Source: Patescibacteria group bacterium
GTDB lineage: Bacteria > Patescibacteriota > Minisyncoccia > Minisyncoccales > UBA10102
NCBI GenBank assembly: GCA_024239055.1
Contig: JANBVJ010000002.1
Location: 3,874-67,873, forward strand
Reading direction: 5' to 3'
Length of the DNA: 64,000 nucleotides
A program made the translations under genes and the position numbers. Below the pieces are notes generated by a model that saw only the letters and a program-made list of their open reading frames with translations, was not told the origin of the DNA and made no database searches. Shown in pieces: positions 36,426 to 44,467 of the stretch; the first letter of the stretch is position 1; every line of letters starts with the position of its first letter.

Positions 36426-36829
36426 TTGTTCTCAACCTCAACTGCTTCTTTCTGTTCTTCTGCATCTTCAACAACTTCTTCTGAGTCCTCTTCGGTCTCA
36501 GTTTCTTCTTCCTCAGTTTGTTTTCGTTTAGCCTTTTTCTTTGGTTTCTTTTTGATTTCGTAACCAAGTGCATCTAGAACTTCTGTGATAATGTCTCTAG
36601 TCATCTCATCGAATTCTGATTCATACATCTCTTCAACGAGTTTGTCAACTTCTTCCTGAGTGAGAGGTCTGCCTTCTGATTCAAGGACTGCTCTAATTTG
36701 CTCATCAGACTTTGAACAAAATGCTCCTATATTTTCCTGAATGAACTCCCAATCTGCTTCTTGGAGTTCTAGTTGCTCCATTAGGCGTTTCTTTGCCCTT
36801 CGAAGTCGTTCTCTCCATGAAAGACTCAA
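36422..36829 (-). CDS. hypothetical acidic protein
   Basis: 135 aa; C-terminal KKKPKKKAKRK then an E-rich tail. Confidence 0.45.
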   Translation of the reverse strand: MSLSWRERLRRAKKRLMEQLELQEADWEFIQENIGAFCSKSDEQIRAVLESEGRPLTQEEVDKLVEEMYESEFDEMTRDIITEVLDALGYEIKKKPKKKAKRKQTEEEETETEEDSEEVVEDAEEQKEAVEVENK

Positions 36830-37161
36830 TTTAGAATACCTCCTTCAAAAATTTTGGTACTGATGTTTTCTAATTCAACATCTGGTGAATGTCTACCATG
36901 AACATACACATTTTTACCGTTTTTGTCTAGGTATGAATACTGTGTAGAAGTTTGGTATCTATGTTGAAAACCATAGGTACAGTCAATTTTTCTTCTTCTA
37001 CCAAGTCTAAGTTTTCCAACTTGAACGTTGATAGATTTGAAGTGGTCATAATCTTTTTGTGCATCTTCTTTAGTGCCAAAACACATGACACCAAAGTTTT
37101 TTGCGTTGAAATTCCATTGTTGGGCTTTGTCAAATACCCAATCTATGCTTGATTTACTCAA
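36826..37161 (-). CDS. hypothetical protein
   Basis: 111-aa ORF; preferred over the alternative-frame ORF 36927..37133. Confidence 0.45.
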   Translation of the reverse strand: MSKSSIDWVFDKAQQWNFNAKNFGVMCFGTKEDAQKDYDHFKSINVQVGKLRLGRRRKIDCTYGFQHRYQTSTQYSYLDKNGKNVYVHGRHSPDVELENISTKIFEGGILN

Positions 37162-37862
37162 GAGGCATCTACCTCCTGAATAATTGCTTTCTTGTCAACA
37201 GTGATTGTTGAAGCGTTCTTGTACAATGCAAGTTCAGTTCTGTCACCAAAACCATAACTACTTCCATAGTATTGCTGACCGTTTTTGATGTATCCATTTC
37301 TGATTGTTATAGAGTCACCTTCATTGACTGAATCTGTCTGACCATTCCACAAAGTAATTACGATGTGATCTTCTCTTTCATCTTGAAGAGTTACTTCACA
37401 GACTTTGTAATTCTGACCAGTTTTCTTTGATGTTACATCTCTGACTTTGGTTTTTTTGATGATAGTTCCACGAACATTGATTCCTTTTGTTATTTGGTAT
37501 CCTTGAATCACTTGCAAGTGGGTTGTTGTTAATAGTTCATACAATTCCTTGTTTCGTTTGATATTTGCATCACTCTCGAACATTTGTTCAATTGTTACAA
37601 ATTCAGGTAAAACAAAGGTTTGCTCAACTACTGTAGGTTGACAGTCTTTGTATTTTTTTGTCTCTGTATGTTTTGCAACTTGTTGTAATGCTCTGTCCTG
37701 ACCTGATGCTCTGAATTCTTTTCCACATTCACATGTTGGTTTGAATCCCAATGTGAGATATGCACCACGCAAATGTTTTCCTTCTAGATCCTCAAAAAGA
37801 GTTTCAGGTGAACCAATAAAAGTTAGTTCAGTATCCATTGCTTGGTTGTAGTAGCCTGTCAA
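37158..37862 (-). CDS. OB-fold (RPA-like) single-stranded DNA-binding protein
   Basis: VRGTIIKKTKVRDVTSKKTGQNYKVCEVTLQDEREDHIVITLWNGQTDSVNEGDSITIRNGYIK fits the archaeal/eukaryal RPA OB-fold pattern. Confidence 0.55.
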   Translation of the reverse strand: MTGYYNQAMDTELTFIGSPETLFEDLEGKHLRGAYLTLGFKPTCECGKEFRASGQDRALQQVAKHTETKKYKDCQPTVVEQTFVLPEFVTIEQMFESDANIKRNKELYELLTTTHLQVIQGYQITKGINVRGTIIKKTKVRDVTSKKTGQNYKVCEVTLQDEREDHIVITLWNGQTDSVNEGDSITIRNGYIKNGQQYYGSSYGFGDRTELALYKNASTITVDKKAIIQEVDAS

Positions 37863-38158
37863 TTGTGACTACCTCCAATTGGTTTTGTGAAGCCGAAGTT
37901 ATTCTCAATTCCGTTGAAGTGATCAACGATGAGCAATTCTGCTTCAAGTTTGAAATTTCTATGTCTGAGATTTAACTGTCGTTTTACAACTACAGGTCTG
38001 TCAGATACAGACTTTGTGCCAAAAAAATTTGAGGCTTGAATATGTTCTGAATCAAGTGCGAGAACTGATAAGTGCTCATCTTGATTCATGCCGGAATCTC
38101 TTACAAGTAGATCTCCTAATGTGAAAGATTCCAAGTTGGTACTATTCTTGTGAGTCAT
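37859..38158 (-). CDS. hypothetical protein (first gene after promoter module copy 3)
   Basis: MTHKNSTN...; shares the MTHKN start with 41764..42600. Confidence 0.45.
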   Translation of the reverse strand: MTHKNSTNLESFTLGDLLVRDSGMNQDEHLSVLALDSEHIQASNFFGTKSVSDRPVVVKRQLNLRHRNFKLEAELLIVDHFNGIENNFGFTKPIGGSHN

Positions 38159-38162
38159 AAAA

Positions 38163-38178
38163 GACAGTAGTAGTAGTT
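38163..38178 (-). promoter_or_regulatory. conserved promoter-proximal module AACTACTACTACTGTC (copy 3) with TATA-like TTTAATAG
   Basis: Identical 16-mer; ATG 4 nt downstream; GACACGTACA copy 27 nt further upstream. Confidence 0.6.
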
Positions 38179-38204
38179 GCTATTAAACCTGTCGAATCGA
38201 CCCT

Positions 38205-38214
38205 GACACGTACA
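38205..38214 (-). promoter_or_regulatory. GACACGTACA motif copy (intergenic)
   Basis: Exact 10-mer about 50 nt upstream of ATG 38158. Confidence 0.6.
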
Positions 38215-38364
38215 CAGTTGAGTTGTCCGTTAAATCGCACATACACTTACTCATATAGAAAAAATCTCCTTCCTAAGTCATGGTTAGTTTGGTCATATCA
38301 AGATGGAGAAATCCCTGAAAAATCGACACCAGAGGGTTAAGAGTTATCAGGGAAAATCTCATCT

Positions 38365-38550
38365 CTATAATTTCAATTTCAAGTAAACGTATCTGCTTTC
38401 CAATTCTTCTTTGAACTTTTCTTTGGTAATTCTGCCTGATGAGAATACCAGATTTTCAATAGTAATTTTTTTTATTTTATCCTTTAATTCGTATTCATTT
38501 TCTGCTTCGATTATAAGATCTCTTGGCACTAACGAAATCTGGAAATACAA
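38365..38550 (-). CDS. hypothetical protein
   Basis: 61-aa ORF, weak support. Confidence 0.3.
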   Translation of the reverse strand: MYFQISLVPRDLIIEAENEYELKDKIKKITIENLVFSSGRITKEKFKEELESRYVYLKLKL

Positions 38551-38715
38551 TTAGTCATAACCACCAAGTTTCCACTTCTTGATGTACTTCCATAGAACTT
38601 TTGTCATTTCAGGTGGAGTTAACTTGTTTTTTCCAAAAAGTTGTTCTACTGTTTCAGTGCATCCTTCAAAAGCGATGTTGAAACCACCAAAAGGTACTTT
38701 TTTAGCCAAAGTCTA

Positions 38716-39705
38716 CTACTCCTTGTTTGCTTTCTTTATGATTTGAATTTTGTGTTCATGTAATTCAGTATTTGGTACTAGGAATACTTCTTCTTTAATT
38801 TTGACTGTGGTGTGAGTAATACCTATGTGCGTTACTTCTCCTTCCTTTCCTTCATATTTTATTTGATCACCATTACCTAATCCACTGTGTTTAAGTCCTT
38901 CACCATAAGACCAACTTCTGAAAACTTCTCTGAATCCGGTTCCACCTGCAATCAACAGTCCCATAATACCTGCAATGATAACCCAATAAAGAATTGGAAT
39001 AATCTCTTCACCAACACCAAGTTGTGTGATTCCTATTCCGAATATCAGTGCATAAATGATTACTGTTACAAGTGTTTTTACCATTGGCATACTTCCATCG
39101 TCACCGAAAAGATCAGAGTTGAATTTAGCCATCCACTGCAAAATTACTCTTGTACCAATAATTCCTACAACAATTAGAATTATGAATGCAATAATGTTTG
39201 GAATGTAAGTCCATAATACTCCAAGCCATGAAGATGCTTCTGTAAATCCTAACAAGTCAATTGCAATTACAAATGCGTAAATCCATGCAAACCACTTTGC
39301 AGTCATTGGAATTAGATCAGAGATTTGTCCCCAACCTGCTTTCTCATAAGTTTCTCCTGCTTTAATTCCACCTTTCTCTACGAGAAGTTTGTTTGAGAAA
39401 AGTTTCTTTAGGAATTTTCGTAATGCAAACTCTACAGCACGACCAATAAAGTAACCAATACCTAAAACTATGATTGCTGATAATACTCCTACACTGTTAA
39501 CTGCAATTGTATCTCCCCAACTTGAGAAGAGTTTTATCCAGAACTGAAAAAATGGATTTGATTCCTCAACTCCTAAAAACTCGGATACTGGTTGTTTTTC
39601 TTCAATTGCCTCTTGAGCAAATGCCAATGGAGCAAATAGAGTGCCCGACAGCATGATTGATACCGTTGATAACAGTAGAATGATTCCCCATTTGCCCTTG
39701 ATCAT
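38716..39705 (-). CDS. MscS-family mechanosensitive channel-like membrane protein
   Basis: Signal-like N-terminus and several TM helices, then GLLIAGGTGFREVF...GLGNGDQIKYEGKEGEVTHIGITHTTVKIKEEVFLVPNTEL, matching the MscS pore helix plus beta-domain pattern. Confidence 0.65.
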   Translation of the reverse strand: MIKGKWGIILLLSTVSIMLSGTLFAPLAFAQEAIEEKQPVSEFLGVEESNPFFQFWIKLFSSWGDTIAVNSVGVLSAIIVLGIGYFIGRAVEFALRKFLKKLFSNKLLVEKGGIKAGETYEKAGWGQISDLIPMTAKWFAWIYAFVIAIDLLGFTEASSWLGVLWTYIPNIIAFIILIVVGIIGTRVILQWMAKFNSDLFGDDGSMPMVKTLVTVIIYALIFGIGITQLGVGEEIIPILYWVIIAGIMGLLIAGGTGFREVFRSWSYGEGLKHSGLGNGDQIKYEGKEGEVTHIGITHTTVKIKEEVFLVPNTELHEHKIQIIKKANKE

Positions 39706-39768
39706 TGGTATCCTATCATTCCAATAAGGGCTTTAAAAGAATTTCTGTGATCGCTTCATATCGTATGC

Positions 39769-39778
39769 GACACGTACA
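39769..39778 (-). promoter_or_regulatory. GACACGTACA motif copy (intergenic, upstream of the MscS-like gene)
   Basis: Exact 10-mer followed by catctgattctacg; TATA-like TTTTAAAG at 39731-39738. Confidence 0.6.
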
Positions 39779-39838
39779 CATCTGATTCTACGAGGTAGAG
39801 GTAAAATTGGAATTTCTAGAGGTAGAGGTAAAAAAAAA

Positions 39839-41386
39839 TTAGTTGGATGACTTTACTTTGTCGATCCAGTATTGGATTCCTTTGAGTCCAACTTCTCCTG
39901 CTGTTCTTCCAAACTCTGTAAGAAACTCATGTGAGAAGTGACCGTATCCTTCATTCTGTCCCCACTTGTCATGTGCAATTTCGTGGCAAAGTGTACCAAC
40001 TGCAAATGCTGAGAACTTGTCAAAGAATCTTTTTCCACCACATCTCCTGACATTCCATACAAGTGAATGTGGTTTTCTAAGACTCAAGATGTCGCCTTCT
40101 TTTGAGTAATCAGCGAATTCCTCAGTTTCCTTTGTTGTTACAAAGTCTATATCGATGTCCTCTTTGATTACATCCTTTGCAACTGCTTTGCAGACTTTGG
40201 CAAAGAACTTCATTCCTTCTGTTGGTTCAACTCTTACTGCATGTTCCCATCCCGAAGAAGAATGCTCCTTTGATGCATACGTTAGAGTGCCTTGTTCTTT
40301 CAAGTGGTCAACAACATCTGAGTCAAGTGTTCCCTGTGGGATCAAGTATGCTCCTGCCATCTTTGCTCTCTCGTTTTCAGCAGAGTCCGATGATTCTATC
40401 ATCACGTTATCTGTTCCGTATCTTTTTACAAAGATCTCCTTTGTTGTTTCTACTTCGGTTCTCTTGAGTGCTTCGTTGATCCAGTTAGCACCACAGTTTT
40501 CCTTGTCTATAAGGTCAAGTGTGTTCTCAGTGATCTCTGCATAGAGTTTTTGCAGATAAGCATCTGAGATTACATTTCTGTCAGTTGTCTGTGGAATCTT
40601 TTGTTGGATGTCTACATGCCATCTTAGATCTTGTTCAATCTCCTGAACTACACATCCTAGTTCAAAGATGATTGGATCTTCATGCTCTTCCTTTTCATAA
40701 AGGAATACTTTGGTATCCTCAACTCTCTTGACTAACTTTTGGTTTGCTCCTAGAGCAATTACTGTTGGTAGTCTTGCTGTGAACGTTTTGATCAAAGTCT
40801 TTTGTTCGATGTAGGTTCCATTGACTTTGAGTTTCTTGTTCTCTGGAACTGCAACCTTTTCTACAGAAGTGATTACTGAACCTAGTGATTCATCCTCATC
40901 GTTTTCAAAGACTGCATGGACTTGAGCACCTTGAATTTCTGGAATTTCAGAAACCCTTCTGGTATCCTCTTGGAATTCGATTAAGATTTTTCCTGTCTTT
41001 ACCCATCCTGAGACTGCTCTTGCAAAGAACTGTTTTTCTCCCAAGTTGTACCTTCCCCTCTGGTTCTTGTTGACTCGCTTATAGGAGTCCTTGAAGAGAG
41101 TGTAGATGTCTTTTTCATCTCTGAATCCGTTTCCGTTGTCTACTATATCGACTACTATTCTGCCCTTCTTATCCTGTGATACGTCACATGATATGACAGT
41201 TACAGGCTTCTCATCAAACGAGTTTGAGATGATCTCTTGGATTAATCTCCAAAGTTTCATCTCAGACATCTGAGTTGCGAAACCCTTTGTGTCGATTTCA
41301 AATCGCCTTTCAACGATTGTTTCTTTCTTCATTGTTTCTTCCACCGATTTTGAAGTGTTACGGTCTTTGTGATCCTTGTGGGACAT
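39839..41386 (-). CDS. GHKL-type ATPase (HATPase_c/MORC-like N-terminus) with C-terminal HExxH region
   Basis: N box EIISNSFDE, G1 box VDNGNGF, G2-like GRYNLGEK; C-terminal GTLCHEIAHDKWG (HExxH). Confidence 0.6.
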   Translation of the reverse strand: MSHKDHKDRNTSKSVEETMKKETIVERRFEIDTKGFATQMSEMKLWRLIQEIISNSFDEKPVTVISCDVSQDKKGRIVVDIVDNGNGFRDEKDIYTLFKDSYKRVNKNQRGRYNLGEKQFFARAVSGWVKTGKILIEFQEDTRRVSEIPEIQGAQVHAVFENDEDESLGSVITSVEKVAVPENKKLKVNGTYIEQKTLIKTFTARLPTVIALGANQKLVKRVEDTKVFLYEKEEHEDPIIFELGCVVQEIEQDLRWHVDIQQKIPQTTDRNVISDAYLQKLYAEITENTLDLIDKENCGANWINEALKRTEVETTKEIFVKRYGTDNVMIESSDSAENERAKMAGAYLIPQGTLDSDVVDHLKEQGTLTYASKEHSSSGWEHAVRVEPTEGMKFFAKVCKAVAKDVIKEDIDIDFVTTKETEEFADYSKEGDILSLRKPHSLVWNVRRCGGKRFFDKFSAFAVGTLCHEIAHDKWGQNEGYGHFSHEFLTEFGRTAGEVGLKGIQYWIDKVKSSN

Positions 41387-41575
41387 ACTAGATCTGAATT
41401 ATGAGAGTAGTTATAGTTTTCAAGGCTACGCAAAAAATTTATCTAAGTCAACAAAAGTTTTTACACACAAAACTTTTTGGAAAATTCTGCCATCGCCACA
41501 CGAAACTCGAAAAAATAAAGATTGAATTTCTGCTTAACGTACAAACAGAGTTCAAAATTTACTTTTTCAAAATAA

Positions 41576-41782
41576 TTATTCAGTCACCTCCCAAACTACT
41601 TTTCCATAATTGAGATTTCCAAATGGTTTTGCTGAAATTGATCCATCTCTCTGATTAATTACTGTGTGATGTGTATGCCTCCCTAATTCATGTCGTTTTT
41701 TTCTTTGTTCAATTAACGGATCATTACCATCAAATTCTTGTTCACATAGATTACATTGGTGAATCAAATTAAAATCCCCCAT
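41576..41782 (-). CDS. C2H2-like zinc-finger protein
   Basis: CNLCEQEFDGNDPLIEQRKKRHELGRH. Confidence 0.45.
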   Translation of the reverse strand: MGDFNLIHQCNLCEQEFDGNDPLIEQRKKRHELGRHTHHTVINQRDGSISAKPFGNLNYGKVVWEVTE

Positions 41783-42600
41783 AATACTTCACCTGCAACT
41801 ACGTTTTCAGTTGCGACTTTGTGAAACTCTTCATGTTGCTTTTTTGTTTGTTCTGCATTGACATTGTTATCGTATTCAATTTTACAAATACTACATATCC
41901 ATTTCTTTTTCTTCTCAACTGTGACCTGATATTCTTCTATGCAGTCAACCAGTCTTTTACATAAAGCCTTCATGTGTTTTTTAGAAGTAATTTGATATTC
42001 AGTTCGTTTCAAATACTTTTGTTTCTCTTTATTGAAGAATTGTTCCCATGATATGTAACTGAAAATTTGCATTCCAATAAAGTCATCTAATCCAATCTTA
42101 TCTCCGTACCACCATAATCCTAATTCAAAATTTTCTACTCCGAATCTGGAACTAGATGTTTGATAATCAAATTCAAAATTACTAGCATTGAATTCTAAAA
42201 AGTCCTGTGGATGTGGCTTTACATAGATTCTCCATTTTCCTGAATCATCTAGTTCTATTGCACATAAACGATCTTTGTATTCGAATCTTTCAAACCAACC
42301 TCTTTCCTTGATTTGAGAGATGATGATTTTCATTACCTTTTTCTGGTATGGAAGCCATTTACAGAAACTTAGATTTAACAAGGATTCTGTTTTCTCATCG
42401 AATTCTTCTTCGGTCATACAATTGAGATACATGTCAGTATTAGTCATGTTTTCAGTAGCATTCAATTCGATTTGTTTTTGAATTTGTAGACTACATAGTT
42501 TTTTTGTAGTCATTGGAATATTACGACTGAGGCACTCTGCTGAGTTTACAGAGTTCTCAGAAACCTCAGTCCTTTTTTTGGTTTGATTCTTGTGAGTCAT
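41764..42600 (-). CDS. hypothetical protein with C-terminal C2H2-like finger
   Basis: MTHKNQTKK...; CSICKIEYDNNVNAEQTKKQHEEFH; TATA-like TGCTATATCATT about 25 nt upstream. Confidence 0.5.
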   Translation of the reverse strand: MTHKNQTKKRTEVSENSVNSAECLSRNIPMTTKKLCSLQIQKQIELNATENMTNTDMYLNCMTEEEFDEKTESLLNLSFCKWLPYQKKVMKIIISQIKERGWFERFEYKDRLCAIELDDSGKWRIYVKPHPQDFLEFNASNFEFDYQTSSSRFGVENFELGLWWYGDKIGLDDFIGMQIFSYISWEQFFNKEKQKYLKRTEYQITSKKHMKALCKRLVDCIEEYQVTVEKKKKWICSICKIEYDNNVNAEQTKKQHEEFHKVATENVVAGEVLWGILI

Positions 42601-42794
42601 AAGAAAACTACTGTGCCGAATGATATAGCAATTTAACAGTATTATACAAAAAAGATTTGTATAAAACGGTCAGATTAGGCACGAAATTAGTTTGAACTAA
42701 TATCTTTTTTTTTCGGCACAAAGTCTGCATGTTTTAAATTTACGTTTATGCATTTTGTGATTTTTTTCTGTTGCTAAATCGTAATGAAATGGCA

Positions 42795-43433
42795 TTACTT
42801 TCTATGCAGACTATCTACAAGCCTCTTTGCCTTCTCAAACTCTTCTTCATTGAAAACATTTGTTGGAAGTCCTAGTTGTTTTCTAGTTTCAATCTCTTTT
42901 ATCACTGAGTTTATTTCATCTGGATATTCCAATCTTTTGTCAGGTAAGATACCAAAGTTTCCTTCAATGAATGCTTCTTCTTGTTCTTGCAAAGTCAGCA
43001 TCAAGTCTGGTGTGAATGGATCTATTCTGTTTCCATCCTTGATGAACTGCTCGTACTTTCTGTTACCACTTTCTAACTTGTCGTTAAAGTCTATGTGTTC
43101 AAACTCATGATCTCCTAATGCTTTGTAGTCTCCTTCTGTCATGTTTGGTTTCTTGTTGAATGTTGCTTCTCCATCTGTTGTATCTACTTTGGCAATCCAA
43201 TCCTCACTTTGTTTTTTATTCTTGAAAGTAATTTTATGAATTTGTTTTCTAACACTCTTTGGTTGCTGTGCAAAAGATTCTGTTACTCCCTTTATCATTC
43301 CGTTGCTTTGAGACTTTTTTAATTTATTTACTATCTTTATTCCTTCAAGTGTTGCAGGAGATCTTCTCTTTCTTACTTTCTTGTAAGATTTGATTGGATG
43401 GAACTTGTTGTTAGAGTCTTTGTAGCCTTTCAT
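42795..43433 (-). CDS. KGFKD-leader family protein (last gene of operon 48653->42795)
   Basis: MKGYKDSNNKFHPIKSYKKVRKRRSP...GIKI; 4-nt overlap upstream; body unlike neighbours. Confidence 0.7.
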   Translation of the reverse strand: MKGYKDSNNKFHPIKSYKKVRKRRSPATLEGIKIVNKLKKSQSNGMIKGVTESFAQQPKSVRKQIHKITFKNKKQSEDWIAKVDTTDGEATFNKKPNMTEGDYKALGDHEFEHIDFNDKLESGNRKYEQFIKDGNRIDPFTPDLMLTLQEQEEAFIEGNFGILPDKRLEYPDEINSVIKEIETRKQLGLPTNVFNEEEFEKAKRLVDSLHRK

Positions 43434-44467
43434 TCTCCCTTCATTGCCTTTTCAATTATTGGAATTACTTCTTCTTTGTGTCTTTCTTCTCCAATTCCAA
43501 TCAAGTCTGTGTCTTTGTCTCCTACAAGTCCTTTGACATCTTCATCTCTGATAATGAAACCATCTTTTGCACTTCCATCCTCTGGAATAACTTCGTAGTG
43601 GTAATCATCAATTACTTGTTTAATCACTCCCCACGTATTATGAAAATCACTCAATTCTGGATCTTCACTTGCAATTTTTACAACTAAACCTGCATAGTAA
43701 CCGGAAGCCTTTGCATCATCTCTTTGTTCTACACCAAATGTTTTTCCTAGAACTGCATTAAGAAAACCTCCTTCTGGTCTAAGACCTTGAACTTGTGCAG
43801 TGGATAATTTTAGTCCGTTCTTATCAGTGATTTTACCTTCTTCTACATCCTGAATGAATTGATTTAATGGTGATAATAGATCTGAAACTGCATATCCATC
43901 TTTTACCTTTACAACTTTGTTGTCAGAAAATCTTCCGTATTTTAGATAACTTCTTTTTGAGTCATCTGCTTCCATCTGAGTCCATTTCTTTAGAAAATCT
44001 TCTATTCTTGACTTTTCTGATTTAGGATCGAAGGTCTGCATTAAGTTCCATGCATCTTTAACTTCCTTTGGTACTTCTTCCCTCTGTTCAATCATTTGTG
44101 GATGGAATCTTGTTTTTGATTTATCACCAATTGTAATTCTTTCTAACTGTCTCGGTCTAAGAATTATTGTTGGCATACCATCATCGTTCTTTCTAATTCT
44201 GAAATATCCTGTAGGCTTTGACCATTTTCCTTTAGGATAATTTTCTCTAATGAAATCTTCCCATTCTGCTGTAACTTTAATTCCTTCTCTAGTTCTTTCA
44301 TCTTTTTTCAAAGTCGTTGCAAACTGAGATGTTGGTCTTGCCTGAAATGAAGTCATCTTCACTCCCTTTGTTTTTTTCAAAGTCCTTATTGGATCTAATG
44401 CTTTTCTAACTTTCTTGTATCGCTGAATTGGATGGAACTTGTTGTTAGAGTCTTTGAAGCCCTTCAC
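43430..44467 (-). CDS. KGFKD-leader family protein
   Basis: MKGFKDSNNKFHPIQRYKKVRKALDPIRTLKKTKGVKM; 345 aa; unique body. Confidence 0.7.
   Translation of the reverse strand: MKGFKDSNNKFHPIQRYKKVRKALDPIRTLKKTKGVKMTSFQARPTSQFATTLKKDERTREGIKVTAEWEDFIRENYPKGKWSKPTGYFRIRKNDDGMPTIILRPRQLERITIGDKSKTRFHPQMIEQREEVPKEVKDAWNLMQTFDPKSEKSRIEDFLKKWTQMEADDSKRSYLKYGRFSDNKVVKVKDGYAVSDLLSPLNQFIQDVEEGKITDKNGLKLSTAQVQGLRPEGGFLNAVLGKTFGVEQRDDAKASGYYAGLVVKIASEDPELSDFHNTWGVIKQVIDDYHYEVIPEDGSAKDGFIIRDEDVKGLVGDKDTDLIGIGEERHKEEVIPIIEKAMKGE

Noticed and set aside
42612-42720. 9-bp inverted repeat tgtgccgaa / ttcggcaca about 90 nt apart in the gap between the array and 41764..42600
   Set aside because: Arms are short, the loop is long and AT-rich, and it occurs once. 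It could be chance, and there is not enough support for a terminator or recombination site.
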